Source: Mayamaea pseudoterrestris
Taxonomy: Eukaryota
NCBI GenBank assembly: GCA_027923505.1
Contig: BROI01000003.1
Span: forward strand, 992,001-1,056,000
Reading direction: 5' to 3'
Length of the DNA: 64,000 nucleotides
This document shows positions 23,181-34,197 of the stretch, piece by piece. The first letter of the stretch is position 1, and every line of letters starts with the position of its first letter. The notes under the pieces were generated by a model that was not told the DNA's origin, ran no database searches, and saw nothing but the letters and a program-made list of their open reading frames with translations. A program made the position numbers and the translations under genes.

Positions 23181-24743
23181 ATGAGCAGCGTCTACGTCTC
23201 AGAGCCTCCGACATCAGGCAAGGTCATCTTCGAGACGACCCACGGTCCGCTGGAAATTCAGCTCTGGTGTCGTGAGTGTCCAGCGACGACAAGATTTTTT
23301 CTGCAGCTTTGTCTCGACGGATTTTACGACAATATGCTCTTCCATCGAGTCGTCCCTTCCTTCTTGATTCAAGCTGGAACCATGAGACAAAGTGAAATAG
23401 CTGGTGGTGACAAGAGTACAGCGTCTACTGCCAGTAACCTGAGAATGAAGGAATATCGCGAAGCAATTCAAGCCGATCACGCGTTGGATCGACGTAAACT
23501 CGAGCTTCATTCACGCATTCGATTCAATCATCGTGGTCAAGTCAGCATGGCCTTGGCAATTGACGATCAGGAGGACGCTGAAGATTTGCAGCCCCAATTC
23601 TTCATTACTTTGGAAGAGTCAAAAAATTTGGACGGCAAGTATGTCTTGTTTGGAACCATTTCAGGCCCAACTTACTTTAACGCTGCGCGGATTGGAAGCT
23701 TAGATGTCGACCCCGAGACAAATCAGCCTGTCGACTTGGAACATGCGCCTCGGATTCTTTCAGCCAAAATTGTGGACAATCCCATGCACCAGGATTTGGT
23801 GCCGCAGCAGAAAGTGCCTTGGCGGGCGCCCAAGGATGCTTCAGACGCTTCGCGAAGGAAGAAGAAACGCATGGGTAAATTTGATAAGAACGTTCTCTCT
23901 TTTGGCGACGAACTAGACGATGTTTTGCTCCCATCCAATAATACGAGAGAAAATACGCATGCGAATGACGGAGAAGACATGAGCAAAGGCGTCGCGCCGT
24001 TAGATGGCGACGCATTACAGATGCCTTTTGCATCTGACCTTAAAAGTACACAAAACCAATTACCAGAATCGAAGGATGACAGCCGTAATTCTCAATGTCA
24101 AGTAGTGAGCTCGACAGGAGTTGAGCAAGAAACAGAAAAAGCAATGTCCTTGCAGTTCAGCTCATCGTCACATCGACATGTTGTTCCTCCGACCAAAGCA
24201 TCCGCTGACTCTAAAGAAAAGCCAATGCACCCAAAACATAAGGAGGAGACGGGAAGTGTTTTAGAGATGAGAAATGCGAAGTACCGTATATTAAAAACGA
24301 GTAAAAAGGATCGCGAAGGCGATACACTTTCCAAGTTATTTGCGTTCAAAAGCAAGGTGAAAGGTGAACTCGCTGGCTCGTCGTCCAATCAACATGAGGA
24401 CAACTCGTTGGCAGCACGAATGGCGCGGCGTGCTGAGGCGTCTGGGACTTTGGAACGAAACACATGTGCTGTGTACCATGGGCAAGTTTTGGAAAGTGAT
24501 GACGATGAAGGCCCGGGAAACAAGAACGATGGCTGGCTCAAGACTACATTCAAATGTAAGCGACACATCGACCACACGGCAGGAGGAGATGGACGCAATA
24601 TGGACGATTACGAAGTTGTCGATCCTTCTCATACGAACGATAATAATTTGGACGACGAAGACGCGGACGTGCACCGCCATCACCATGCGAACCGCCAAGT
24701 TCGGCATCATAAGCATCATAAGAAGCAAAAGTCACAAAGATAA
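23181..24743 (+). CDS. CWC27: Spliceosome-associated cyclophilin CWC27
   Basis: MSSVYVSEPPTSGKV, LWCRECP, FHRVV, ELHSRIRFNHRG, QFFITL, KNVLSFGDE, REGDTLSKLFAFKSK, DDYEVVDP. Confidence 0.9.
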   Translation: MSSVYVSEPPTSGKVIFETTHGPLEIQLWCRECPATTRFFLQLCLDGFYDNMLFHRVVPSFLIQAGTMRQSEIAGGDKSTASTASNLRMKEYREAIQADHALDRRKLELHSRIRFNHRGQVSMALAIDDQEDAEDLQPQFFITLEESKNLDGKYVLFGTISGPTYFNAARIGSLDVDPETNQPVDLEHAPRILSAKIVDNPMHQDLVPQQKVPWRAPKDASDASRRKKKRMGKFDKNVLSFGDELDDVLLPSNNTRENTHANDGEDMSKGVAPLDGDALQMPFASDLKSTQNQLPESKDDSRNSQCQVVSSTGVEQETEKAMSLQFSSSSHRHVVPPTKASADSKEKPMHPKHKEETGSVLEMRNAKYRILKTSKKDREGDTLSKLFAFKSKVKGELAGSSSNQHEDNSLAARMARRAEASGTLERNTCAVYHGQVLESDDDEGPGNKNDGWLKTTFKCKRHIDHTAGGDGRNMDDYEVVDPSHTNDNNLDDEDADVHRHHHANRQVRHHKHHKKQKSQR

Positions 24744-24785
24744 CGTATATAAATGCCTTTTCAGTTGCTGCTATGTATGCATAAT

Positions 24786-27041
24786 TTAGCTCCCAAATAG
24801 ACGAAAAGACTTTCCTTTCTTCCGTAGACCACCCAGTTCGTGTGCATTGATCTTTTGAGCCACTTCTTTAATGTTGCTTTCAATTTTGTCCATATTGACC
24901 TTGTCGATTGAACTGTCAGTCACAATGCGCAGAAAATCTTCCAGCATTTCTGTGTTACCGAGAATGTCGACATGGTCTGCGCTCTTTGGCCCTGCTCGCA
25001 TCGGGTCGTCGACAGAAAATTCGGCATGGTGTTCGTATTCGCGAGTAAAGACGGCGGTATTCGATGGGTTGAGCCCAGAGTCTTCTCGCTGCCAAGCATC
25101 AGCGCACATGTATCCGAGGCTGATTAATGGGACCGAGCCGTCTCCATTAACATAACGCACTCCGAGTTTGATGTTTTTGGCCTCGCTTTCCACCGTAAGA
25201 TCCATCTTCAAAACTGGGTCAGTAATATTAGCCACTAAGCCACCCTCGTCAACGGGTTCAATATTGTTTCGGCGGTAAAAATACGCCCGCTCGGTGTCTA
25301 GACCCGTTCCGTACAAGCAATACATTTTCATCTTCGGCGCGTACGGCAAAGGAGTCACCGTCGGATCGTGCCAGTTTCTGCTCGATGGTTTTGTGTCGCC
25401 ATGGAATGACATTAGCTTCACACTCGACGAGTTCTCACCAAATCCCCCACCAAATTTCGTTAGAAAGTCAAGGGTACCCTCATTTTCGTGTTCTTGTTTC
25501 AGTATAAATGGTGTGATCGCTTCGTTGATCATTGTTTCGGACCAATTACCGTCGAATGCAAGGCTACTGGTCGGACTAGCATCAGTCATTGCAATCAGAG
25601 GCGAAACCTGCGACGTAGGACATAGTAGATCATCGTCACCCCATTCCTCGCACATGTCGAAACCAGGCGACCACAAAGCATTGCCTCCTTTTGGTAGCAT
25701 GGTCCAAAGCGATCCCCATGAGGACCACAAGTCTCGCCGCACGCGCCTACCAAAAAATTGCTCCACCATGTCTCCGAAAGTTCCAATCAAGCCCGTGTCC
25801 GACATTTCTCCACTTAAAATAGCCGTCGTAGCTTTAGGGACGCCAAGATGTGAACCAGCAATGTTTATAAATGCATGCAAATGTTCGTCGACCCACTTGG
25901 AACCTGCTCCTCGTCCACCCTCGCTGGTGCTTGTCGTCACCCAGGCAAAAAAGTGATGCACGACAAGTGCACCCATGGAATGAGATGTAAGAACAACCTT
26001 TTTTCCAGTTACACGATGCATGTCCTCGATTCGGCTCTTCAACCTTGAAAAATAACCATCCCTTTCTTCCAGCAAATGGTACGCAAGACGCCAATCATAA
26101 GCTTCTAATGCCATGTTCGAAGGATTGTATCCAACATCGGCAAGATTCTCAATCACCTTGTTCCATACCCAATAATTTCCCATAAAGTAGTCAGCCGCTT
26201 CGAAGCCTTGCGACGCTCGGAGCCGCACTTCATCAGGGTCAGACCCAGTCAATGGATCTAGAATCATATGCTGTCGCCAGCAATCTCGATCGGCAATAAA
26301 ACTGCGGGCGCCACCCATGGCTGCCCACAACCGCTGTCGGAAATGCTTCTTTGCGCACGCCTTGCCTGCCCAAACTTCAAGTCCACTCGTGACAAAGCCC
26401 GGTACCATGACAATGGGATATTGCGCTTGCGCTCCTTCCGCAGTGGCCATTTGATAACCCGGCCGCTTCGTCTCCTGCGTCAAGTACGCTAGCGAGCTGT
26501 AAGCAGTCTCGTTAAACTGTGCATATATTTGGTCCACATATTGGCCCAGCTGCAAACTTTCTTCTAGCTGTAGCTGAATGCGCTCAATATGAGGAGCTAG
26601 CTGTTCCTTGACGGCCACATCCAATCGAAAGTCGTTGTTCAGCATTCCGAATCGCTTAAGACTCAATACAATGAGAATCTCGGCAATCCATAGCGCTAGC
26701 GCCAAGCCGAAGCAAAGTCTCGGCGGAGCAGGCATGCGACTTGGTGACGCACTACGGTGACTTGCATGGCTTTCTTCATCGTTACTGATATTTCCATGTT
26801 GTTTGCTGCTCGCTTTCGATTCGGGCGACGATGTTGGATCATAAGGTTCATCTTCTAAAGTTTCCGTGTCTTCTGGATCCTCCGTGTTGATAACACTAGG
26901 TGGTGCATCCGTGGACGCAGACATTCTGCCGTCCTTGCTCGTGCGCCGATGTTGCGTGCGTCCTCTTGTAGAACCTTGTTTTTGCGGTGTGGTCGACGTC
27001 TTCCGCGACTCCTTTACTCGATTGCTTTTGCCTGACAACAT
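24786..27041 (-). CDS. PDAT: Phospholipid:diacylglycerol acyltransferase (LCAT family)
   Basis: N-terminal TM; PIVMVPGFVTSGLEVW, FRQRLW, AYDWRL, SHSMG, LSGEM, GDGSVP, DHVDILGN. First in-frame ATG is at 27041. Confidence 0.93.
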   Translation of the reverse strand: MLSGKSNRVKESRKTSTTPQKQGSTRGRTQHRRTSKDGRMSASTDAPPSVINTEDPEDTETLEDEPYDPTSSPESKASSKQHGNISNDEESHASHRSASPSRMPAPPRLCFGLALALWIAEILIVLSLKRFGMLNNDFRLDVAVKEQLAPHIERIQLQLEESLQLGQYVDQIYAQFNETAYSSLAYLTQETKRPGYQMATAEGAQAQYPIVMVPGFVTSGLEVWAGKACAKKHFRQRLWAAMGGARSFIADRDCWRQHMILDPLTGSDPDEVRLRASQGFEAADYFMGNYWVWNKVIENLADVGYNPSNMALEAYDWRLAYHLLEERDGYFSRLKSRIEDMHRVTGKKVVLTSHSMGALVVHHFFAWVTTSTSEGGRGAGSKWVDEHLHAFINIAGSHLGVPKATTAILSGEMSDTGLIGTFGDMVEQFFGRRVRRDLWSSWGSLWTMLPKGGNALWSPGFDMCEEWGDDDLLCPTSQVSPLIAMTDASPTSSLAFDGNWSETMINEAITPFILKQEHENEGTLDFLTKFGGGFGENSSSVKLMSFHGDTKPSSRNWHDPTVTPLPYAPKMKMYCLYGTGLDTERAYFYRRNNIEPVDEGGLVANITDPVLKMDLTVESEAKNIKLGVRYVNGDGSVPLISLGYMCADAWQREDSGLNPSNTAVFTREYEHHAEFSVDDPMRAGPKSADHVDILGNTEMLEDFLRIVTDSSIDKVNMDKIESNIKEVAQKINAHELGGLRKKGKSFRLFGS

Positions 27042-27481
27042 GATATCAAAGAAGCGGAACCTCAAGTTTTTACCGGATTTAGATGGAAGCCTTTCACGCA
27101 GTGGAATATTGAGACTGGATCGACTTGGCTTCGTTTCCTTCAAGTTCTTTCGTCGCCGAGCTCATGCTTGTCGGACTGTTTCTCTTGCCTTCTTTTCCGC
27201 GCCAGCGCGGGCACCGCGCCATCGCGTCACAAGGAGGTTTTACGTGCGCGCCAGTCGGATTGCAACGGAATTCGAACGGGACTGGCCGACTTGCTCAGAC
27301 GTTTCTTCGTCCGCCACCACAAGCTCTGCGAAACAAGATTGTGAAGAGCAAACTACATCTGAAGTCAATTTGAACGTCTGCTACTGAGTCTGCTATTCAG
27401 CATCTATCCCTTTTCTAAAAGAGGCTGCGTAGTTGGAAAATACTCTGTCATCACTGACGAGAGATAAAGAAAAAATCGGCC

Positions 27482-29088
27482 ATGGATTCGTCTTCACGCT
27501 CACCAACGTCGCCACTGGATGACACTGCAATCTCGAACACGGACGCCTCGCAGTATCTCATCAAGGATCTCAAACAGCTGCAAGGCTCATCCATATTTGA
27601 CAAGCTTGATTTTAGCAAATGTCCCGACATGTACTTGGAGAAGCTCTTTGTGGCAAAGGCCGACTCGTACTTGCCACCGACTCCCTATCGATGTTCGTCG
27701 AGCCAAATTACGGACTGGATCAACATGACAGTCGCTGCGCAGGAGCAAGCTTTTGTGGAAATGAAAATACAGCCAACGGCACGGTTCAAGCGGCCGGCTC
27801 GACGAGTTTTGTGCAGCAAAAAGCTGGAGGATGAGGAGTCTGCCAGCTTGAATGGCGACGCTGGGGAATTTCAGGGAATCAAGGAGAAGCGAAAGATTGT
27901 GAGAAAGAAGGACAAGGTATGTTCAGACTATTGTGTGTCATCTTGCTTTTTGTGCTGTTGCTATACCGGCATTCTGTTATAGAAAGGTGAGCCTTTGTTC
28001 TCACGATCGTGTCGTCTCTTGCTCGCCAGATTGACAAGTCGTCTGATACGGAACAGCCCGCCCGGAAAAAGGCGCGCAAGCCACCTAAGAAGCTGTCCAT
28101 TCCATCAACCGATCATGAACAGCAAAGTAATGCACTGACTGGAAATGAGCTTGCCAATCAGGAAAAGGCGAATGACTTGTTGCGCAGTGAACAGTACTCA
28201 GCCATTGGTAGCATTATTTACAGTGACGATGAGGTTGAAAATGAGGTTGGTGATGATGCTGACGACGTTCAAATGTATAGAGGTAGACCCGTTGCTTTGG
28301 ACCACAAGAGCTTGCTGCAGGCGGCGCGAGTCTACATGAACACGGACAAGCGAGTGATTGATTTGAATTCGGATGAGGATGCAAACGATGCAACACAACC
28401 AAGGTCGGTGGCGTCGTCTAATCAGAAACCCATTCGCACGGCCCGCACTAGCACGACGCCACGCGGACTTGGCAGCCACAACAACAGACTCAGTATTGAC
28501 AGTCTCAACGAAGAAGAAGAGTTGTACAATGGGGCTTCCATCTTCGGACAAACACAGGGACAGAATGCAACGTGGGTCGAATGCGACAAGTGCAAAAAAT
28601 GGCGGCGATTGCGTGGAAAGGTGGATGCGTCGAAACTTCCAACTCGGTGGTTTTGCAGCATGAACAAGACGGACGCGGCTCGCGCCAAATGCTCGGCGCC
28701 GGAGGAAGCATACGACGAAGGTCAGTCGGTGACACCAGAGTCTGCGGCCGATGCACGAGCGAGGAAGCATTTTCGTGTATGGTCCAGGCGTATCAAGACC
28801 CAAGAAGCGTACGAGGCAGGTCAACCTCCCATGACACGTGGAAAAAAGAAGCAGGTTGCTGGTTCGAAGGATCCGTACGAGTGGGTTCGGTGTTGCAATC
28901 CATCATGCGGCAAATGGAGATCGCTGCTACGAGTTATGGGAGCCAAGTCGCATGTCATTGATCGCACCGCGAACGGAGAATGGTATTGTGTCATGAATCC
29001 CTGGGACGAAAAGATGGCATCGTGCGGTGCACCGCAGGAGAATCTTCCGACATTTGGTTGCCCGCCGTGGGTCCAACAAGATCCGTAG
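27482..29088 (+). CDS. Protein with two CW-type zinc fingers (exons 27482-27916, 28030-29088)
   Basis: WVECDKCKKWR...WFCSMN...C and WVRCCNPSCGKWR...WYCVMN...C; GT-AG intron keeps the frame. Confidence 0.85.
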
Positions 29089-29322
29089 CTTGCAGCATGG
29101 CGTCTATGTAACCTGCTAGATTTGTTGAGCATTTGCCAGTGAATTGCTCATCGTGTCCGTTGTCCACCTTGTTTTTGGTCTTCTAGCTCTGGCTCTTTGC
29201 TTATAGGTCATATCGTAAGCTACCGTAGACGATGCTTTGGTTAAAGTGGCTCGCATTTTGACGAAATTCTATCTAATATACAGCTGCCATTGGACAGACA
29301 ACGCTAACAAACACTTTATAGT

Positions 29323-29829
29323 CTATAGTCCTACCTGTCTCGCAATCTTCACCAAATCGTCCTTTGTCAGCAATCCATCTTGCGCATATTGATTGATCAT
29401 CTCGTCCAACTCATCTTCCTCTAAATTTTGGTCAAGTTCCTGACAAACGCGTTGCAAGTCCTCAACAATTACAACCCCCTTGTCAGCAGTGTCCAGTAGA
29501 CGAAAGACGCGATGCGCCCGCTGCGTCTGTCGATAGGCGTCGGCAATAAGTCGTTCCAGTGCAGGAGCTGAAGCCTCATCTGCCAGCCCTTGGCGAATAC
29601 TTTCGGGATTGAGGTGCGACAAGCCCAAATCTTTGCGCAGTCGCTTGAGTAAAGTTTTTACTTGCTTGTCTATATCAACGCCTCTCTTACTACTGATATC
29701 CATCGTCCGTGATATCACGTGTTGTATCTGCTGTTGGACGTCGTTCGGAAGGTCTTCGAATGTAGGAGCTTGCTGCTTTTGACTCTTTGAAGCGCCAGGC
29801 GATTTGCGCTTGCGAGATTTTGTGGGCAT
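29323..29829 (-). CDS. Centrin/calmodulin-like C-terminal EF-hand protein
   Basis: VFRLLDTADKGVVIVEDLQRVCQELDQNLEEDELDEMI resembles the centrin C-lobe; basic N-terminus. Confidence 0.7.
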   Translation of the reverse strand: MPTKSRKRKSPGASKSQKQQAPTFEDLPNDVQQQIQHVISRTMDISSKRGVDIDKQVKTLLKRLRKDLGLSHLNPESIRQGLADEASAPALERLIADAYRQTQRAHRVFRLLDTADKGVVIVEDLQRVCQELDQNLEEDELDEMINQYAQDGLLTKDDLVKIARQVGL

Positions 29830-30104
29830 CTTCGTCTACTGTATGCAGTAAATGTAGCAGTTCCTTGCTTCAAGACATGCGCAAGAGGATGCGCGGGACC
29901 ACAGTCGAGTTGGATTAGCGGCAGTTCATCAATGCCAGTGAAAAGTGGGTCATATTTTCCTTGAAAACTGCGTCACCAAGTTATATTTTCAACAATCGGT
30001 GTGAATGTTGTGATAGAGAGCTATCTCATCGTCGCGCTGCTGGCCTACCGGTATATTAAAAAGATCATTAACAATAAAAATTTAAATCTTAAATTAAACC
30101 ATAT

Positions 30105-33100
30105 TTAATTCCGCTGTCGGCGACGCAAAAGCTCCGGCCCCAACAGCATCAAAACATGAGGAATGCGGGCATCACCCTCGCCCGCCGCCGACTGGGAGCT
30201 AACACGCTGCTGGTAAGCATCACAGCAGGTGAGAACATTAATCCAAGCAGCATCTTCTCCCTCACTTGACGCCCCATCAGTCGACAAAAGCGACATTGCG
30301 TAATCTTCAGCCTTCACTCGCTTCATATGGTGAGGTGACGAAAGCAATTTAGGAGCTGACGAGAAAAGGTAATGGAGTATTGTTGACGGGCGAACAACCT
30401 TCATCCAAGGCTCACGAAGCAAAAGTTTGGATATTTCTTGACTTGACTTGCTCATATCTTCAAGTCCTGTCCAGAACAGCATTTGACGGACTGCGCGCAA
30501 TTCGGCATACGGCCGCCCATCACCCACATCATGCAAGGTCAACGAGCCACCATATTTGACGACAAACTGCTCTAAAATGAGTTCCAGGTCGCTGACATCC
30601 TGGGTGATGTGAAGACGAGCAGTCTCTCCAAAGGGGCGGATAAGCATCGAGTTTGAAATGAAGCAATATATGGTGTACGACGCGATAGCCGACGCCATGT
30701 AAGAAGCATACTCTGGAGGAAACTTGGACAAAATACTCGTGGCTATAGTTTCGAAAATGTCAGGAAAATGCTTCTGAACAAACGCCGGAAATTCGCCATC
30801 CGTAGTTGTGGGACTGTCGATGTAAACACCTTGATGTATTCTTGCTAGAACATTAGCTATCCGCCGATTCAAAGCCCGTATGACAGGATTCAAGACGGTG
30901 CTTTTCACCATCTTTTCTATAGCATGTAAACCAGGAACAAGGCCAGCTTTACACAGGTTTGCTGCCTCTTCGTGTTTCGATGACACAGTTGGCCGGTACG
31001 GAGCTATGAATGTTTTGTCCGGCGCTTGTCGAAGATATTTTGCAAGAGTATAGACAATCGCAATCACCTTGCGGTCATGTTGGAGGGAATCGCTCATGGA
31101 CCAATGCTCACCGATGTATCCATCGCGCTGAGATGACGCCCCGCTCAAAGCATTCTTGGCCAACTCGCAGAAACGAGATGTCATCGTTACGACGCAATCT
31201 GAAACCATTGTCACAAGAGTCAAATCCCCACCACCTTCGCGAGGATCGGCAAATGCGAGTTCCTGGCGTATGTTCTCGTCGAATCGCTGTACGTCGTATT
31301 TGCTGGGTAGCAGATGGAAACCTGCATTAATAGCGACGCCATCGTCGTCGACTTGTATATTCTCAGGAAACATATACTTTAATGGTGCACAGAGACGATC
31401 AGTACAAGCCTCAACGAACGCCTGTTGCAAACCAAAAAGACCGGTTGGCGATTTGGTGCTACCCTGCAGGGCTCTCCACTCAAAAGAGTTCATGACTGTC
31501 GATAGTGAAGACGACGAAAGACCTGTCGTGTAAGTTTGTGAACTCGCTTTCGCCGCAGCATGATTAGAATCCGTTTGACGAGACCATTGATCCGGCGCCG
31601 CTTGTGGATTGTCGCCGATCACCTCATTAGCAGCAGATTGTCCCGAGTTCCACTCCAAAAAGTTGTCATCCATCGTAGCCGTGCCGCCCAAGATACCAGC
31701 GAAACTCGTGGTGCCAGCTTCATCCAAAATGGACGACGGGAGCGACTCTTGCAGACGATTGATTAATTCAAGTCCCGCAGCTCGGACTGGAGGGTAAAGT
31801 GCCGCCACGTCTGGGGCATACTTTCCACCATCTTGCAAGAGTATGTGTCCTAGAATGCTTGACAGTGAGCTGCATAAGCGCGCCCAAAAGAGAGCAAAAA
31901 TCGAATTGATATCGCGCGACACGTATTCTGCGTACGCAGGCGGCGTCGGCGCAGTATTAACAACGTCGACAAACAATTGACGACTCACTGGATCGGTCTT
32001 GCGGGCAAGGACACGCTGCATGTTCCGAACCTGGAGAGCTATCTCCGTCATGCCTTGAATCCACTCCTGTGCCGCTTCGGCGCGAATTTGGCGAAGCTTT
32101 TTTTGGATCAATCGCGACTCTTTCGCGGTTCGCTTGGCCTGTTCCGCAAGATTTACCAAGGTGACTGGATTAAAGAGTTCGCGCGAAAGGGACTCCGCTT
32201 TGGCGTGAGCCTGATTCACGGCGTTCCAGACTGCCGATGGTAGCTCTCCAAGATGGAAGTAAACTTGAAAAATTGATCCGAGTTTCGGCAGCGCTGTTGT
32301 CTTCGTAAACGTCTGCTCCTGCAAAAGACGTGCGGCCGACTCTCGCACCTGTTTGGCCGTCGATTGAATTTCTGGCCGCATTTTCTCCACCACATCAATC
32401 CCTTGCTGCAGTTCGGCTTGTGACAAAAGCTCCTCCAAAACCGATACACTCGCCGCAGCTCGAGTCAAGTCTCTCTGGTCTTCTAAATCGTAGTTCATAA
32501 GTTTGTTCGTTTCAAACTGCAGTCGCAGAATAGATTTGAGCGTGTTACTCAACTTCAAGACACGCTCGAGCTTCGTGCATGACGCTTCCATCCGCGACAA
32601 ACCTCTCGTGAGCGAACAATCCACGCGACTGGCCACACTCTCCAATACATCAGCTTGTCGCTCGAGACGATCGGCGCGATCCCGGATAGAAGACAGCGTT
32701 GTGCTACCGGTAGTGGTGGACGTGACTGCAGTCGCAGCAGGTGCAGCAGCAGCTTCGCCCTCTTGCTCGGTCGTTCCGTCGAGCTCGTATCCATGCAGTC
32801 GAAGCAAATGCCCAGCAACTGCTTCAGGACGAGTCCGCGACAATTTGACCGCCAAGGATTCCACCAAGGCAAGTCGCTGCTCAACTTCCTGTAAACACGC
32901 GTCGGCTCGATCCTTCGTAGATGATCCCTTGTCAGTATTGCCGTTTGACTGTTCGCCGTCTTCATCCAACTGTAGCAAAGCTGCCGCATACGGAAAAGCG
33001 ACTTGATCTGGATTCGCTCTGCTTTCTGTCAATCCATACTGCATCAACAACTGGTCCTCTCGAAGGAGCAACTGCAGGCTATTCGCCGCTGCAGCTTGCG

Positions 33101-33197
33101 CCGAGCTCTCGTGGTGCGGCTGCGGATTCAATGCTTGTAGCTGTTTGGCGTTGCGTCCGTGGCGACCGCCCGAGTGACTGTTCATGGAAGAATCCAT
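30105..33197 (-). CDS. COG5: Conserved oligomeric Golgi complex subunit 5-like
   Basis: 1030-aa helical ORF; LGSIFQVYFHLGEL, LIRPFGETARLHITQDVSDLELIL, PYAELRAVRQMLF, HYLFS..P..LSSPH. Confidence 0.8.
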   Translation of the reverse strand: MDSSMNSHSGGRHGRNAKQLQALNPQPHHESSAQAAAANSLQLLLREDQLLMQYGLTESRANPDQVAFPYAAALLQLDEDGEQSNGNTDKGSSTKDRADACLQEVEQRLALVESLAVKLSRTRPEAVAGHLLRLHGYELDGTTEQEGEAAAAPAATAVTSTTTGSTTLSSIRDRADRLERQADVLESVASRVDCSLTRGLSRMEASCTKLERVLKLSNTLKSILRLQFETNKLMNYDLEDQRDLTRAAASVSVLEELLSQAELQQGIDVVEKMRPEIQSTAKQVRESAARLLQEQTFTKTTALPKLGSIFQVYFHLGELPSAVWNAVNQAHAKAESLSRELFNPVTLVNLAEQAKRTAKESRLIQKKLRQIRAEAAQEWIQGMTEIALQVRNMQRVLARKTDPVSRQLFVDVVNTAPTPPAYAEYVSRDINSIFALFWARLCSSLSSILGHILLQDGGKYAPDVAALYPPVRAAGLELINRLQESLPSSILDEAGTTSFAGILGGTATMDDNFLEWNSGQSAANEVIGDNPQAAPDQWSRQTDSNHAAAKASSQTYTTGLSSSSLSTVMNSFEWRALQGSTKSPTGLFGLQQAFVEACTDRLCAPLKYMFPENIQVDDDGVAINAGFHLLPSKYDVQRFDENIRQELAFADPREGGGDLTLVTMVSDCVVTMTSRFCELAKNALSGASSQRDGYIGEHWSMSDSLQHDRKVIAIVYTLAKYLRQAPDKTFIAPYRPTVSSKHEEAANLCKAGLVPGLHAIEKMVKSTVLNPVIRALNRRIANVLARIHQGVYIDSPTTTDGEFPAFVQKHFPDIFETIATSILSKFPPEYASYMASAIASYTIYCFISNSMLIRPFGETARLHITQDVSDLELILEQFVVKYGGSLTLHDVGDGRPYAELRAVRQMLFWTGLEDMSKSSQEISKLLLREPWMKVVRPSTILHYLFSSAPKLLSSPHHMKRVKAEDYAMSLLSTDGASSEGEDAAWINVLTCCDAYQQRVSSQSAAGEGDARIPHVLMLLGPELLRRRQRN

Positions 33198-33461
33198 TAA
33201 AGATGGTTTAGATGTTGAGAATGTGCCTCTATTAGCCCTGCAAGATTTGCTCGTCGCGACTTCATGGTCATCGACTAACCATCGCCGCGCGGTTCATGTA
33301 CTGTGACTTTGAAAGTAGTCTTTTCATTACTCCAGAGTAGGTATGTGTCGCTCCGGGCATGACTTTTGCGATCTTTGTGGTTTGACTTTCGACCCATCCC
33401 CCAGATCCTTCGATTGCTCGATCCCCTCGTCTACCGGTAGCAAAGAAACAATCCTTCCAAA

Positions 33462-34043
33462 ATGATCCAACTGACATTCTATCTGCTAGCGTCTCTGTCA
33501 CTATTCGGGGCTCATGGGTTCATATATTTGCATCCCGTTCGATGCCGAGCAGCGCCTCCAAGCAGCTCGTCATCGTTGTCGACCACCATCACTCGATCAA
33601 TGACCACATCAACATCATCAGCAGATGCGCACCATCGCATGGGTGAATTGAACGAGCCGGAACAAAAAGTGTTTGACCTGATGAAGGAACTGCATGATTC
33701 CAATTACAAGTTTCGCATTGTCGTGGTTGGCAATGGCGCCATTTTGGAAACAGTTTCGCCACTCGGACCAGTGACCAAAGTGCTTCAGAGCGCCTCCACT
33801 GGAACCAACCTGTTGACGCTGGCTAATGAGGATCAGTCGTTTGAGTTTCATTTGCAACTTTCGCAAGTATCCAAAATGGTGCTTACCTCAAAGGAAACAC
33901 CAAAGAGAGTGATGCAAAGTGTGCGCTTGTTGAATGCGAATGGAGTTTCCATGTGCAGCCTGATTCTCGCAGACGAGTCTGACGCTGCCATTGACTGGTA
34001 CATGAAACTACAAGACAGCTATGGAACAGAAGTGCAGCTATAG
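33462..34043 (+). CDS. ChuX/HutX-like haem-utilisation protein with a bipartite targeting peptide
   Basis: Signal peptide ...AHG-F plus Ser/Thr-rich transit peptide; RIVVVGNGAILE...FEFHL...SVRLLNANG..MCSLIL pattern. Confidence 0.6.
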   Translation: MIQLTFYLLASLSLFGAHGFIYLHPVRCRAAPPSSSSSLSTTITRSMTTSTSSADAHHRMGELNEPEQKVFDLMKELHDSNYKFRIVVVGNGAILETVSPLGPVTKVLQSASTGTNLLTLANEDQSFEFHLQLSQVSKMVLTSKETPKRVMQSVRLLNANGVSMCSLILADESDAAIDWYMKLQDSYGTEVQL

Positions 34044-34197
34044 TGCAAACGTAGGCATGCATGGCAGCACTTGGGCACGCCAACAAAGATGTTTCCAATC
34101 ACTATTTTTTCCTAAACAACAAGGCGATAAAATTGCAGCAAATCACACAATAAACATTGTATACTATTGATTACAGGCATGTACCCATGTATATAAC

